Source: a virus. From it: a DNA stretch of 30,750 bases. The DNA is taken from UHGV virus genome UHGV-1468954. One strand, given 5' to 3'. Both the position numbers and the translations under genes were made by a program. Under the pieces are notes generated by a model. That model was not told the DNA's origin and did no database searches. It saw only the letters and a program-made list of their open reading frames with translations. Below are positions 9,785 through 19,764 of this stretch, one piece after another; the first letter of the stretch is position 1, and the number at the start of each line of letters is the position of its first letter.

Positions 9785-11056
9785 TTACGGATTACCGAAG
9801 AACTGACCGCCCATGTGAGGGTTAAAGCACACATATGCAGGCAGTAAGTCGAAGCGCATTTTTTGCACGTTGGCATCGCCATCTGCGTATTTATGTACGC
9901 GGATGGAGAAACCTTCATATGTTGCAACAGCAGAATCAATACTGTGCAGTTTCGGCAGTGGGATAGAGCCAAGTCCACAGAAGAACTTGTTATAGAACAG
10001 GTTTGGCTTCATTGTCTGGCTAGCAGTGCCTACTACAGATACGGCATCGCCTGCCTCTACCTGACGACTTACAGAGTTGTACTGCGGGTTTGTAGTGTCA
10101 TAAATCGGAACACCAGAAAGCGTAACCGTCACATCGCCACTGCTGTCTGAATTAGCATCAGCAGTAACCGTTGCAGTGAAGCTAATTGGTGTGGCTCCGT
10201 TATACAACGCCTGTTTGGTCTGCTGTTGCAGCCAGTAGGTATTGGTGAATTTAACCTGATCACCAGCTTTCAGAAAACCTGTAACGCTGGCTGTCGCTCC
10301 GGTCAATGTTACAGTGAACTGGTATGAGTCTTTAACTGCGTTATAGGTAACAGTTGGCTGTGTTTTGACTGTCAGTGTTCCGCCAAATGCCCCCTGCGTA
10401 CGAGAGGCAAGCCCATTAGACATCAGTGCGCGAATGCCGCCAAAATTGGTTGGGATCTGTGCGTTCTCCCATGCAGTACGAACCAATTGATCTGAAGCAT
10501 GCAAACCAGTCTGCGCATCAGCAAGTCGCTGTGCAGACCATGGATCCATTACAGCATAGTTTTCACCTTCATTAACGCCGAGGTCTTTCAGGAAAGATGC
10601 CGTCTGCGCAACATCAGACCATTTGGTGATTGGAGTATTGGGGCTACCAAGTGACAACGCACCGTTATTCATCATGAAGTGAGCAAGCTCTGTTTCAAGG
10701 TCGGTAACGATTCGCTGGCGAACCGGCGCGAGAATTTCTTCCAGTTGGTTAAGCTTGATCGCTTCCTCCAGTTGCTGATATTCAACAGCAACAGTGATGT
10801 AGTTACCTACACGCCCCGTAGCTTTACCTGAGATCAGGTTGTTTTTATTTTGCCCTGAGATATCACCAGTGGGAGTACGGAGGGATGAGAATTGATGCGG
10901 ACGTTTAAAGCTAACGCTATCGCCAGTGCTGGAGTTGATTTCACCTGCCAGCAACTGACGGTCTACGGTTTTCGCCAGAACTAAATCTGACATAAAACCC
11001 GGAAGGAATTTTTTCAGAACGATTTGACTGACGTTACTGTCGAGATTGTTAGGCAT
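9785..11056 (-). CDS. Major capsid (coat) protein, P22 gp5 family
   Basis: 423 aa; follows the scaffold and precedes gp4 as in P22-like phages; size close to P22 coat. Confidence 0.8.
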   Translation of the reverse strand: MPNNLDSNVSQIVLKKFLPGFMSDLVLAKTVDRQLLAGEINSSTGDSVSFKRPHQFSSLRTPTGDISGQNKNNLISGKATGRVGNYITVAVEYQQLEEAIKLNQLEEILAPVRQRIVTDLETELAHFMMNNGALSLGSPNTPITKWSDVAQTASFLKDLGVNEGENYAVMDPWSAQRLADAQTGLHASDQLVRTAWENAQIPTNFGGIRALMSNGLASRTQGAFGGTLTVKTQPTVTYNAVKDSYQFTVTLTGATASVTGFLKAGDQVKFTNTYWLQQQTKQALYNGATPISFTATVTADANSDSSGDVTVTLSGVPIYDTTNPQYNSVSRQVEAGDAVSVVGTASQTMKPNLFYNKFFCGLGSIPLPKLHSIDSAVATYEGFSIRVHKYADGDANVQKMRFDLLPAYVCFNPHMGGQFFGNP

Positions 11057-11067
11057 TTATCTTTTCC

Positions 11068-11952
11068 TTATTCGATTTTTGCGCCGGGGCATAATTTGTT
11101 GAATTCGTCTTGTTTCGCATCAGCACCGCCACCACGTACTTCCGGCTCTGGCTTGATGGCTTTCTTTGGTTTTGGAGCAAGGCTTACCTGTTTGCTAATC
11201 TGCCCCAAGAGGAATGCTGCGCGAATTGGATCTGTCTCAGCGGCTACACGCTGGCGTAATTGCTGGCTCTTACCTAAGCCATAGGCGAGTAGTTCAGAGC
11301 CTTCGTCTGCACAGTGAATGATGATTTCCTGCTGAATTGGTGGTAGCTCACTAAGAACAATGGCTTCCATTTCCTGATAATCTTTCACAGGAAGTTTGGC
11401 TGCCCGTTGTTTATGCGCTTCTACCCTTTGCTGGAAACGCTGCTGGTATTCCTGTTGCTGACGTAGTTTTTGTTGCTGCTGCTGTTCGACACGGCCTTTT
11501 TTCTCATGCCAATCAGTCAATGCCTGTTCAAACGCCTGTTCGTCATAATCACACGACTCAAGAGTCGGTTTTGGTGGAATAGCGTCTGGTTGTGGTTGCT
11601 GATGTTCCGCAGGCTTGGCTAATGCTTCCTCAAGCTGGCGGCGCAACTCACGGTTTTCTTTCTGTGTTTCTTTGAATCCTTTGCGAAGATCTTTCACCCA
11701 TTGCGGTGCAGGTTGCCCGTCAATGTGATCATCATCGTCAGCGTTAAGCTGAATTTCTTCATCACCAATACGCAAGGCGTAATCTTCTGGTGTCTCTTCG
11801 GTTTTTTCAGGATCAGTTGCCATCTCTTTTCCGTTGTCATCCTGGCTTTCATTCTCAGGCTGTGACTCTGTTTGGATGATGGTTTCTTCTGCATTTTCCT
11901 GTGTTTCAGACAGGTCAATAACCTGACCGTCGATGATCAGTTCGTTTTCCAT
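11068..11952 (-). CDS. Scaffolding protein, P22 gp8-like
   Basis: 294 aa; acidic, Gln/Glu-rich, with a basic C-terminal tail; between portal and coat. Confidence 0.75.
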   Translation of the reverse strand: MENELIIDGQVIDLSETQENAEETIIQTESQPENESQDDNGKEMATDPEKTEETPEDYALRIGDEEIQLNADDDDHIDGQPAPQWVKDLRKGFKETQKENRELRRQLEEALAKPAEHQQPQPDAIPPKPTLESCDYDEQAFEQALTDWHEKKGRVEQQQQQKLRQQQEYQQRFQQRVEAHKQRAAKLPVKDYQEMEAIVLSELPPIQQEIIIHCADEGSELLAYGLGKSQQLRQRVAAETDPIRAAFLLGQISKQVSLAPKPKKAIKPEPEVRGGGADAKQDEFNKLCPGAKIE

Positions 11953-11965
11953 TGATTACTCCTGG

Positions 11966-14092
11966 TTAACTCGGCATTAAGTCTGCCGGTGACTGTGGTG
12001 GTGACTGGAATTGCTGTTGTTGTGACTCGGCGACATCTTTCAGAAGGCGTATTGCCTCCATCACTGCTTTGTCATCGATGTTTCTGGCTTGAGCCAGTTT
12101 ATAGACAGTGTTTGCCTGACTCTCCATCGCATCCTGCTGGGCAGTAAATGCTTTGATTTGAGTTTGAGCAGTTTCGTTAGTTGCTTTTTGCGCTTCTGCC
12201 TGCGCTGCTACCATTTGCGCCTGAGCGAGAACCATTTCAGGATTTGGCTGGCTTTGTGCTGCCATTTGCGCCTGTTGAACAATCTGCTGCTCTTTCTCAT
12301 TGCGTGGTTTTGCAATACCAGATATCAGCAGTTGGTTTCGGTTGTACTCTTTGAAGTCATCAAGGCCTTCGCCATCGATATTGTCCAGAATAATACCCTG
12401 AATTGCCTGGCGCATTGGGTCTGTTGGAAGCATAGAGCTAAGGACATTTGTCAGTACAGAAACCGTTGCATCACGTCGTGCTGTGTAGCTTGGTCCAACA
12501 TCAACCGTCACATCGTATCGACCGACAGAAAGGTCATTTAACGCAACAACAGCCCCTGTTTGCCTGTCAACAACCTGTGCGCTCAGGACAGCGATATCAT
12601 CACTTCCATCTTCGTTAACGATGCGCACTTCACGTTCTGAACCGTACACTTCACGCGCCATTGACAGCCATACTTCACCAGCGCGTTTAAGACTTTTCGC
12701 CATATTGTCCAGATAGATAAACGAAGCCATATCTGCTCTGTTCATCAAGTTGTTAACCGTTTCCTGAGCAATATTACTTGGCATCTGCTGCATGGCCTGA
12801 CTGCCGCCTGTAACCTCCTGAATATCTGCACTGGTTTGCTGTAGTAATGCAGCCAATGCCTGATTCATAACCGCAGGCTGTGTATATCCTGCCGGGGTAG
12901 CTCCAGCGATAATGTTGCCAGATTTATCTCTCACTTCGCGCAACGGCAAGAACGCTGGGCGTTTCTTGTTGCGAGCCTCCCAGTGCTTCTCAAGTCCACG
13001 AATTTGCTCCATGCCAACTATAGGGATCTGACCGGGGTCTTGCGCTGCAGTATCAGCCAGCATTGAAACCTGAAGGTTGTACAAACGCTGTGGATCCATT
13101 GCTTTTGCAATGTGCCCTTCGACACGCTCAATGTCATCAATGAACCAGCGTTTTCCATAAACCGGGATGAGGGGGATATGCTCACCAGGAATACGTCGAG
13201 GTTTCTCAAGGAAACCATCACCATCCACTACGGATACATACACACGACGGCGCTTCACTGAGCGCCTTGCCACTTCCTGAAATCCAGCTATTGCCAGTTC
13301 ATCTTCAATATCTTCAACCTGATCACTGTCGTATGTTGCAATCTCTCCAGTGATTGGATGTCGATAACTGATGACGTCAACAGACTCTTTACGAACTTCG
13401 TAATACTTCGCTATGTAAATAACATCTGCACCAAACCAGTTATATTCCCAACTGGTCATAGACGTTACATCCAGAGAAGTAGGAGGTTTCTTTCCGTATT
13501 CAGCCTCATATTTTTCAGGTGACAACGAATACATACAGAACGCCCACAACGCGTCAGATTTGTCGTACTTCTTAGCGTCAGGGTCAAACCACACAGAGCG
13601 CGACGGGTCGTATATTGGTTCAATAGCAATACGCTGACGATCGTCCATGGGGTCGTATTCATTGACCAGCATCGACGTCAAACGGAAGCAACCGAAACCA
13701 CCAGTAGCAGCGTCGTCAAATGCATTATCGCAAGCCTCACCGCCATCAGTTTCTTCGTAGTCAGCACGGAACAGACCATTTAATTTATTGGCTAACTCTT
13801 CGCTTGCCTCTCTGTCACCAGGACGAAACTTAACGGTGATTCTGTTATTGCGGTATTCTGCAATGATGCGGTTAAGTTCAGTTGCTACCTTATTGATTTC
13901 AAACTTAGGATACTTCTCGAACTGCTCATCAAGCTTAGTTCCAGCCGCCGTTGCTCCTTCCCATTGACCTCCTGGGACACGAGCAAACCTCGTAGCTTCA
14001 ATGCACTTTTCGCGCACTTCCTTCTGTGGAGAATAGGCGCGGTCAAACCTGAGCATGATCCGCTCATGTTTTTTCTCTAATGTCTCTGCCAT
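11966..14092 (-). CDS. Portal protein, P22 gp1 family
   Basis: Track ORF 11966..14164; likely start is ATG 14092 (MAETLEKKHERI...), 2 nt after the TerL stop. Segment ...KKYDKSDALWAFCMYSLSPEKYEAEYGKKPPTSLD... aligns with P22 portal (memory). Confidence 0.8.
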   Translation of the reverse strand: MAETLEKKHERIMLRFDRAYSPQKEVREKCIEATRFARVPGGQWEGATAAGTKLDEQFEKYPKFEINKVATELNRIIAEYRNNRITVKFRPGDREASEELANKLNGLFRADYEETDGGEACDNAFDDAATGGFGCFRLTSMLVNEYDPMDDRQRIAIEPIYDPSRSVWFDPDAKKYDKSDALWAFCMYSLSPEKYEAEYGKKPPTSLDVTSMTSWEYNWFGADVIYIAKYYEVRKESVDVISYRHPITGEIATYDSDQVEDIEDELAIAGFQEVARRSVKRRRVYVSVVDGDGFLEKPRRIPGEHIPLIPVYGKRWFIDDIERVEGHIAKAMDPQRLYNLQVSMLADTAAQDPGQIPIVGMEQIRGLEKHWEARNKKRPAFLPLREVRDKSGNIIAGATPAGYTQPAVMNQALAALLQQTSADIQEVTGGSQAMQQMPSNIAQETVNNLMNRADMASFIYLDNMAKSLKRAGEVWLSMAREVYGSEREVRIVNEDGSDDIAVLSAQVVDRQTGAVVALNDLSVGRYDVTVDVGPSYTARRDATVSVLTNVLSSMLPTDPMRQAIQGIILDNIDGEGLDDFKEYNRNQLLISGIAKPRNEKEQQIVQQAQMAAQSQPNPEMVLAQAQMVAAQAEAQKATNETAQTQIKAFTAQQDAMESQANTVYKLAQARNIDDKAVMEAIRLLKDVAESQQQQFQSPPQSPADLMPS

Positions 14093-14094
14093 GT

Positions 14095-15507
14095 TTACCA
14101 ACCGGAGGATGAGGGAACGTATATTTCTGTTTCTTCGCGGACCAATGCCGGGCAATGCATACACATCATCAGCGCATCAGCCAGGTTAGGAGATGGAATA
14201 CCGAGCTTCTGCTTCATTTCGACCTTAGTCATAAGCTCCAGCTTCCCGTTATTATTGAATTTGCGCTGAATCTGCGTCAGTTCTGCAAACAGCTTCTCCA
14301 GCATCTTCTCGCCTATCGCTTCTTTGTCGAAACTCAGCATGTCGTCGGGGTCTGCATACTCACCGTGAACAACCGCCCGATATGTCAGATACAGCCTGTC
14401 AGCCAGCGCGTAATAGAATTGTGCTCGCTTATTGCGGAACACATCGCCAATAGTGCGAACGTTGTCACCCTGTACGACTTCATCAGCCCATGCTCCGGCT
14501 TGATACGGTGCATCTTCATCGAATGGCGATTCGCTGCCCTTGAACATCGTGGCGGTGATTTTCTTGCCGGAAAACGCTTCCGTTGTCTGTCTGCGTAGCC
14601 CGGCACCAACACCATCACCATCCCACAGGTAATGGTCAGCGCCGTCTTCAATCGCCAGCGAAGTAGCCCAGTCAGCACCCTCGTTGATGTCCATCAGCAG
14701 ACCTTCGGCAATGCGCTTAACTACCGAACCGTGACGCGATGCATAACCTTTAGCATCTGGCCCTGTATCTGATGGGTCATGCGCAGAGACAACAGCGCCT
14801 TTCGCTTTCCATCCGAGTTTCTTGTGCGCATCGGTTGCGGCTTCAAGCCATTCACGTTTGATAATTGCCATATCACTTGCGCTCACTGGCTCACCAAGCC
14901 AGATGTGACGATACAGTGTCGGATTTCTGCGTTTACACTCTTCCATCTCCAGACGGAGAACTTCAGGAAAGTGCGGGTTGTCGGTGTAGTTCACCGTCAA
15001 CAGGCAAATATCATCAGGAGGATTTACGACGAATCGCTGATAGGTATCGTCGAGTATGTTCTTCGGGTTAAAGCTCACCCATATTTCAGAGAACGGCTTA
15101 CGGATGGTTGGTATCAGGATATCCCATGATTCCTTCGTTACCGCTTCCGCTTCTTCCACCCAGCAGATATCAATACCTTCGAGCGATTTAATCTTCGTCG
15201 GGTTGTTTTTGATGCCGTAGAACATGAATTCAGCATTCGTTCCGAGATGACGAATCATGGAACGCTGAATTTCAAACTCAGCCGTATACCCTTCACGCTC
15301 TATGGTGTCTTCAAGCAGCCGGATTACCGAATCGCTGATACTGTTTTGCAGTTCACGAGCGCAGAGAATACGCACTGGCTGCCGACGCGCCGCTTCAACA
15401 AGCAGTCTCGCAATTGCCCATGATTTACCGCTACCTCGACCGCCTTTGGCGACTTTGTAGCGATGCGCCTCAATGAACGGTTCAAAGATAGGATTAATCG
15501 AGGTCAT
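14095..15507 (-). CDS. Terminase large subunit
   Basis: 470 aa; Walker A VAKGGRGSGKS; followed directly by the portal gene. Confidence 0.85.
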   Translation of the reverse strand: MTSINPIFEPFIEAHRYKVAKGGRGSGKSWAIARLLVEAARRQPVRILCARELQNSISDSVIRLLEDTIEREGYTAEFEIQRSMIRHLGTNAEFMFYGIKNNPTKIKSLEGIDICWVEEAEAVTKESWDILIPTIRKPFSEIWVSFNPKNILDDTYQRFVVNPPDDICLLTVNYTDNPHFPEVLRLEMEECKRRNPTLYRHIWLGEPVSASDMAIIKREWLEAATDAHKKLGWKAKGAVVSAHDPSDTGPDAKGYASRHGSVVKRIAEGLLMDINEGADWATSLAIEDGADHYLWDGDGVGAGLRRQTTEAFSGKKITATMFKGSESPFDEDAPYQAGAWADEVVQGDNVRTIGDVFRNKRAQFYYALADRLYLTYRAVVHGEYADPDDMLSFDKEAIGEKMLEKLFAELTQIQRKFNNNGKLELMTKVEMKQKLGIPSPNLADALMMCMHCPALVREETEIYVPSSSGW

Positions 15508-15944
15508 TTTCCGAATAGAGTACTCATCGGTGATGTTTCAATCTGGATTGCGCCGCCGTCTTTGCCTGTTAGCTCGTGATCAACCTTGTCGCGCCATTTA
15601 TCCTTCTGTCGGTTCTTAAGCCAGAAGATGGCAGCTGTTGTATCAGGCGGGTAATACTTCTCAAGAGGAGTTTCGACAATTCTGTTTTCAATAACACGAA
15701 TATCGATGTCTGGAGCCACGAAGCCCATAGCGCGTTGATAAAGACGGTCACTAACTTCTGCATCAGCGACGGCCTTACCCTTTTTTATGGACTCCGAAAA
15801 CTCAGGATAATCAAGCTTCCACTTGTTAATAGTTGACTCACTGACTTCGAAGAAATCAGCAAGCTCTGCATCGGTGTAGCCCAGCAAGCACAGTTTGCGT
15901 GCCTGTTCGGCATACGCCTCTTGATACTTTGTTGGGCGCGCCAT
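15504..15944 (-). CDS. Terminase small subunit
   Basis: 146 aa; HTH-like N-terminus; immediately upstream of TerL with a 4-nt overlap. Confidence 0.7.
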   Translation of the reverse strand: MARPTKYQEAYAEQARKLCLLGYTDAELADFFEVSESTINKWKLDYPEFSESIKKGKAVADAEVSDRLYQRAMGFVAPDIDIRVIENRIVETPLEKYYPPDTTAAIFWLKNRQKDKWRDKVDHELTGKDGGAIQIETSPMSTLFGK

Positions 15945-15946
15945 GT

Positions 15947-16189
15947 TTATGCTCCGGTGGTGAACAGGTATAACGCTTCCTTCGATTTACGCACCGCTTC
16001 GATAGTGCGGGTAGTGATATCTGAATTAGCGCCGCCTGACTGGAAGTGAATTTTGAATAGCTCAAGCTTCAGTTCGTCAGTGCCAATGAACTGAAATGCT
16101 TCCTCTGCGGCTGCGTTCTGGTTCATGACCAGCTTGTAAATCTCTAACTGGAATTTCTGTTCTTCAGTCATGGGAATAATCTCTGCCAT
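15947..16189 (-). CDS. Hypothetical protein (80 aa), P22 orf80-like position
   Basis: Between the Rha-like gene and TerS; size and position match the P22 orf80 slot. Confidence 0.45.
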   Translation of the reverse strand: MAEIIPMTEEQKFQLEIYKLVMNQNAAAEEAFQFIGTDELKLELFKIHFQSGGANSDITTRTIEAVRKSKEALYLFTTGA

Positions 16190-16416
16190 TGTTGGCTCCG
16201 TTTATCCGTTAAAAGGGATATCAGTTAAGTTATCCCGTGTAGGGTATAAGCCATTGTCGAGACCACTCATTGAATGGTCTCTGCAATAACCGATGTCTTT
16301 CCATCAGTACGCCACCACAAAGAATCTTTTTTGCCATAAGGCAGGAGGTTCATCTTTCAGTGGCTGCCAGTGTTATTTCCCCACTTTCTGGCTTGGGTTG
16401 TTTCGCTGTACTGCCG

Positions 16417-17028
16417 TTAATTGGTGAGTCCGGGGATTACGGTTTGCCCGTGCTGTTCAAGGCGTTCAATTCTCGCCAGTAGCTGAGGCTTCTTAATTTT
16501 TCCCCAGCGATTAAGCAGGCGGCCTGACATGCTGGCAACATCCTTCTCTTTCATGTACTCCAGCATTACGGCATTTCTCTCTTCTTCAAATTGACGATGA
16601 CCAACCTGAAGCATGGCGTACATCCAGTTGAATGCGTTGATGTAAGCAATTTTGATACGCATTGCTTCTTTTTTGGTGTAGGACATAACCAAAAGCATCA
16701 ACCCATCCTTGCGGAGACGGTAGAATTTTTGCGGCTTACCATTCTGTAACTCATTGTTTTTATAGCAAAGCTCAAAGTTGAGCTTTGTATCAAACTCAGG
16801 AGGGCAAGCTTCTATGGTTCGTTCAATGTCACGAACCACGTTCTTCGGCAGCTTTCCAAATGCTTTTGCCACCATAAAAGAATCTGTAACCGGATCGTTG
16901 TTTGCTACAAAAATTAGGTCTCTGAAATCTATATCGTTAACAACGGTTGGGTAGTTCATTGCGTCTTTACCTTTTAGAAAGATGAGCCTGTTCGCACAGA
17001 AAAGCCGCCCCGAGATGGTCGCCACCAT
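16417..17028 (-). CDS. Rha-family phage regulatory protein (P22 orf201-like position)
   Basis: 203 aa (alternative start at 16959); N-terminal motif ...PVTDSFMVAKAFGKLPKNVVRDIERTIE is typical of the Phage_pRha family. Confidence 0.6.
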   Translation of the reverse strand: MVATISGRLFCANRLIFLKGKDAMNYPTVVNDIDFRDLIFVANNDPVTDSFMVAKAFGKLPKNVVRDIERTIEACPPEFDTKLNFELCYKNNELQNGKPQKFYRLRKDGLMLLVMSYTKKEAMRIKIAYINAFNWMYAMLQVGHRQFEEERNAVMLEYMKEKDVASMSGRLLNRWGKIKKPQLLARIERLEQHGQTVIPGLTN

Positions 17029-17104
17029 ATACGGCAGTTCTCAGGCTCAGCTTTCTGAAAGACTCGGGATTGTTACGCGCTGCGATGCGCGGTTTACTGC
17101 AGAT

Positions 17105-17132
17105 ATAAAAAAGCCCCGCGAATGCGAGGCTA
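17105..17132 (-). terminator. Intrinsic terminator downstream of Rz/Rz1
   Basis: Minus strand reads AGCCTCGC-ATTC-GCGGGGCT followed by TTTTTT. Confidence 0.55.
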
Positions 17133-17304
17133 AATCCTGGTATTTGTAATGACTGGCTCTTATCTCAACGCAGCCCCTTACCGCGCGCCAGATGCTCAAT
17201 ATCAAGCATCAGCAATGAGATGTTTAATCTGGATTCACTCCAGAAGTGATCACCACCCTGTCTACAGAGCCAGATGTGAAGGATGATGAGTAAAATTATC
17301 GCTA

Positions 17305-17742
17305 TCATCGAAGGCATTGCGTCCTGATGTACTCCTGCAGGTAGTTAACCTGCGCGGTTATCCTGTCGATTCCACTTCGGAGACGGTAATAATTGAGTTC
17401 AGCATCTGCTGTAAGTCTTGGGTTTTCTCCATCGCCCATGCTGCTGGCTCCGGTCGTTGACTTTGCACAGGTGGCGGCGACTTGCAGGCGCTTACGCCCA
17501 GCAGAAACATCAGCACGGAGACTTTCGATAGTCGCGTTAGCATCAGCAAGCTCCTTTGTGTATCTTGCGTCGAGTTCTGCTACATCACGTTGACGCTTCC
17601 GCATATCAGCGATGATGGATGTGGCTTTATCGCGCTGCTCTTTGTAGGCGATTGCATTATCACGGTAATGATTAACAGCCCATGACAGGCAGACGATGAT
17701 GCAAATAATCAGAGCGGAGATAATCGCGGTGACTCTGCTCAT
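17305..17742 (-). CDS. Rz: Rz spanin (i-spanin); apparent chimera
   Basis: 145 aa; the first ~33 residues ([31 protein letters not shown]) are lambda-Rz-like, the rest diverges; 145 aa is the size of P22 gene 15. Confidence 0.85.
   Translation of the reverse strand: MSRVTAIISALIICIIVCLSWAVNHYRDNAIAYKEQRDKATSIIADMRKRQRDVAELDARYTKELADANATIESLRADVSAGRKRLQVAATCAKSTTGASSMGDGENPRLTADAELNYYRLRSGIDRITAQVNYLQEYIRTQCLR
17358..17549 (-). CDS. Rz1: Rz1 outer-membrane lipoprotein (o-spanin), embedded in Rz in the +1 frame
   Basis: 63 aa; signal peptide plus lipobox ...LLGVSAC followed by the proline-rich [13 protein letters not shown]. Confidence 0.75.
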   Translation of the reverse strand: MLMLTRLSKVSVLMFLLGVSACKSPPPVQSQRPEPAAWAMEKTQDLQQMLNSIITVSEVESTG

Positions 17743-18215
17743 ACCTCAATCTCTCTGACCGTTCCGCCAGCCTCTTTGAATTTTGCAATCAGGTTGTCAG
17801 CCTTATGCTCGAACTGACCATAACCAGCCCCCGGAAGTGAAGCCCAGATATTGCTGCAACGGTCGATTGCCTGACGAATATCACCGCGATCAATCATCGG
17901 TAAAGCGCCACGCTCTTTAATCTGTTGCAGTGCCACAGCGTCCTGGCTTTTCGGAGAGAAGTCTTTCAGGCCAAGCTGCTTACGATAGGCATCCCACCAA
18001 CGGGAAAGAAGCTGGTAACGTCCGGCTGCTGTTGATTTGAGTTTGGGGTTTAGCGTGACAAGTTTGCGAGGGTGATCGGAGTAATCAGTGAATAGCTCTC
18101 CGCCTACAATGACGTCATAACCATGATTTCTGGTTTTCTGACGTCCGTTATCAGTTCCCTCTGACCACGCCAGCATATCGAGGAACGCCTTACGTTGATT
18201 ATTGATTTCCACCAT
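17739..18215 (-). CDS. R: Endolysin (lytic transglycosylase), lambda R
   Basis: 158 aa; [62 protein letters not shown]... is near-identical to lambda R (memory). Confidence 0.9.
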   Translation of the reverse strand: MVEINNQRKAFLDMLAWSEGTDNGRQKTRNHGYDVIVGGELFTDYSDHPRKLVTLNPKLKSTAAGRYQLLSRWWDAYRKQLGLKDFSPKSQDAVALQQIKERGALPMIDRGDIRQAIDRCSNIWASLPGAGYGQFEHKADNLIAKFKEAGGTVREIEV

Positions 18216-18522
18216 CTTCTACTCCGGCTTTTTTAGCAGCGAAGCGTTTGATAAGCGAACCAATCGAGTCAGTACCGATGTAGCCGATAAACACGCTCGT
18301 TATATAAGCGAGATTGCTACTTAGTCCGGCGAAGTCGAGAAGGTCACGAATGAACCAGGCGATAATGGCGCACATCGTTGCGTCGATTACTGTTTTTGTA
18401 AACGCACCGCCATTATATCTGCCGCGAAGGTACGCCATTGCAAACGCAAGGATTGCCCCGATGCCTTGTTCCTTTGCCGCGAGAATGGCGGCTAACAGGT
18501 CATGTTTTTCTGGCATCTTCAT
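18199..18522 (-). CDS. S: Holin/antiholin, lambda S
   Basis: 107 aa; [39 protein letters not shown]... matches lambda S, including the dual-start Met1-Lys2-Met3. Confidence 0.9.
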   Translation of the reverse strand: MKMPEKHDLLAAILAAKEQGIGAILAFAMAYLRGRYNGGAFTKTVIDATMCAIIAWFIRDLLDFAGLSSNLAYITSVFIGYIGTDSIGSLIKRFAAKKAGVEDGGNQ

Positions 18523-18811
18523 GTCTTACCCCCAATAAGGGGATTTGCTCTATTTAATTAGGAATAAGGTCGATTACTGATAGAACAAATCCAGGCTACT
18601 GTGTTTAGTAATCAGATTTGTTCGTGACCGATATGCACGGGCAAAACGGCAGGAGGTTGTTAGCGCAACCTCATGCCACCCGCTTTCACGAAGCCAGCCA
18701 TTGAGCTGGTTTTCTTTTATGCAAAGCACACCGCACCGTAGCCACAGCGGATAAGGTGATTATTTTGGTCTGTCTGGTATTTGGTTTGATGTGCTTTCAG
18801 AAAGGCCGTGC

Positions 18812-18850
18812 TTAAAACGCAAAAAGCCCCGAGCTATTAACTCAGGGCTT
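18812..18850 (-). terminator. Hairpin terminator in the late leader (tR'-like)
   Basis: Minus strand reads AAAGCCCTGAG-TTAATAG-CTCGGGGCTTTTTGCGTTTT, about 60 nt downstream of the pR'-like promoter. A second hairpin plus T-run lies near 18640-18676. Confidence 0.5.
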
Positions 18851-18884
18851 TATTTAACGAGTGCATTTATCCATCGTTGAGTCA

Positions 18885-18913
18885 AATTTACCCAACTTTA
18901 TTCAAAAAGTCAA
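18885..18913 (-). promoter_or_regulatory. Late promoter pR' (Q-dependent antitermination site region)
   Basis: Minus strand reads TTGACT-17 nt-TAAATT, just downstream of the Q stop. Confidence 0.6.
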
Positions 18914-18955
18914 TATCATGCCGTTAATATGTTGCCATCCGTGGCAATCATGCTG

Positions 18956-19579
18956 CTAACGTGTGACCGCATTCAAAATGTTGTCTGCGATTGACTCTTC
19001 TTTGTGGCATTGCACCACCAGAGCGTCATACAGCGGCTTAACAGTGCGTGACCAGGTGGGTTGAGTAAGATTTGGGATTAGCATCGTTACAGCGCGATAT
19101 GCGGCGCTTGCTGGCATCCTTGAATAGCCGACGCCTTTGCATCTTCCGCATTCTTTCTCAACAACTCTCCCCCACAGTTCTGTTTTGGCTATATCAACCG
19201 CACGGCCTGTACCGTGGCAATCTCTGCATCTTGCGCCCGGCGTCGCGGCACTACGGCAATAATCCGCATAAGCGAATGTTGCGAGCACTTGCAGTACCTT
19301 TGCCTTAGTATTTCCTTCGAGCTTTGCCACACCACGGTATTTCCCCGATACCTTGTGTGCAAATTGCATCAGATAGTTGATAGCCTTTTGTTTGTCGTTC
19401 TGGCTGAGTTCATGCTTACCGCAGAATGCAGCCATTCCGAATCCGGCTTGTGATTGCGCCATCCCCATAGCAGCCATCACATCAGTACCGGAAAGAGAGT
19501 CAGAAGCCGTAGCCCGTGGTGAGTCGCTCATCATCGGGCTTTTTGGCGAATGAAATTTAGCTACGCTTTCGAGTCTCAT
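18956..19579 (-). CDS. Q: Late antiterminator Q
   Basis: 207 aa; MRLESVAKFHSPKSPMMSDSPRATASDSLSGTDVMAAMGMAQSQAGFG... matches lambda Q (memory). Confidence 0.9.
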   Translation of the reverse strand: MRLESVAKFHSPKSPMMSDSPRATASDSLSGTDVMAAMGMAQSQAGFGMAAFCGKHELSQNDKQKAINYLMQFAHKVSGKYRGVAKLEGNTKAKVLQVLATFAYADYCRSAATPGARCRDCHGTGRAVDIAKTELWGRVVEKECGRCKGVGYSRMPASAAYRAVTMLIPNLTQPTWSRTVKPLYDALVVQCHKEESIADNILNAVTR

Positions 19580-19764
19580 GGCCTTCCCCTTTTGCCCTGT
19601 TTGACCATCAGGACGCCGTTAACTATTACGTGACGCTCGCCTTTGCTGTCTCGGTTGTACTTGAGCACTGTTCCTCTTGCGCAGGAAAGCATCCTCGCCA
19701 CTTCGGTCTGATTGCCTCGTGTCTGGATAAGAAGCTCTGGTATCGTTTGAATTGTGGCGTTCAT
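19576..19764 (-). CDS. ninH: NinH-like protein
   Basis: 62 aa; ...GNQTEVARMLSCARGTVLKY...VNGVLMV resembles lambda NinH; immediately upstream of Q. Confidence 0.65.
   Translation of the reverse strand: MNATIQTIPELLIQTRGNQTEVARMLSCARGTVLKYNRDSKGERHVIVNGVLMVKQGKRGRP

Noticed and set aside
9730-12541. Several antisense ORFs (for example 9730..9978, 11024..11284, 12089..12541) inside coat, scaffold and portal genes
   Set aside because: They sit opposite strongly supported structural genes, have no RBS, and have low-complexity translations.
17029-17304. bor-like lipoprotein gene expected opposite Rz, as in lambda
   Set aside because: There is no plus-strand ORF of suitable size or signal peptide here; the interval holds only hairpins or terminators. 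bor is absent in this mosaic.
18640-18676. Second hairpin plus T-run in the S leader as a separate regulatory element
   Set aside because: It is consistent with the lambda late-leader structure that Q-modified polymerase reads through; I cannot tell it apart from the ordinary leader terminator without the reference alignment.
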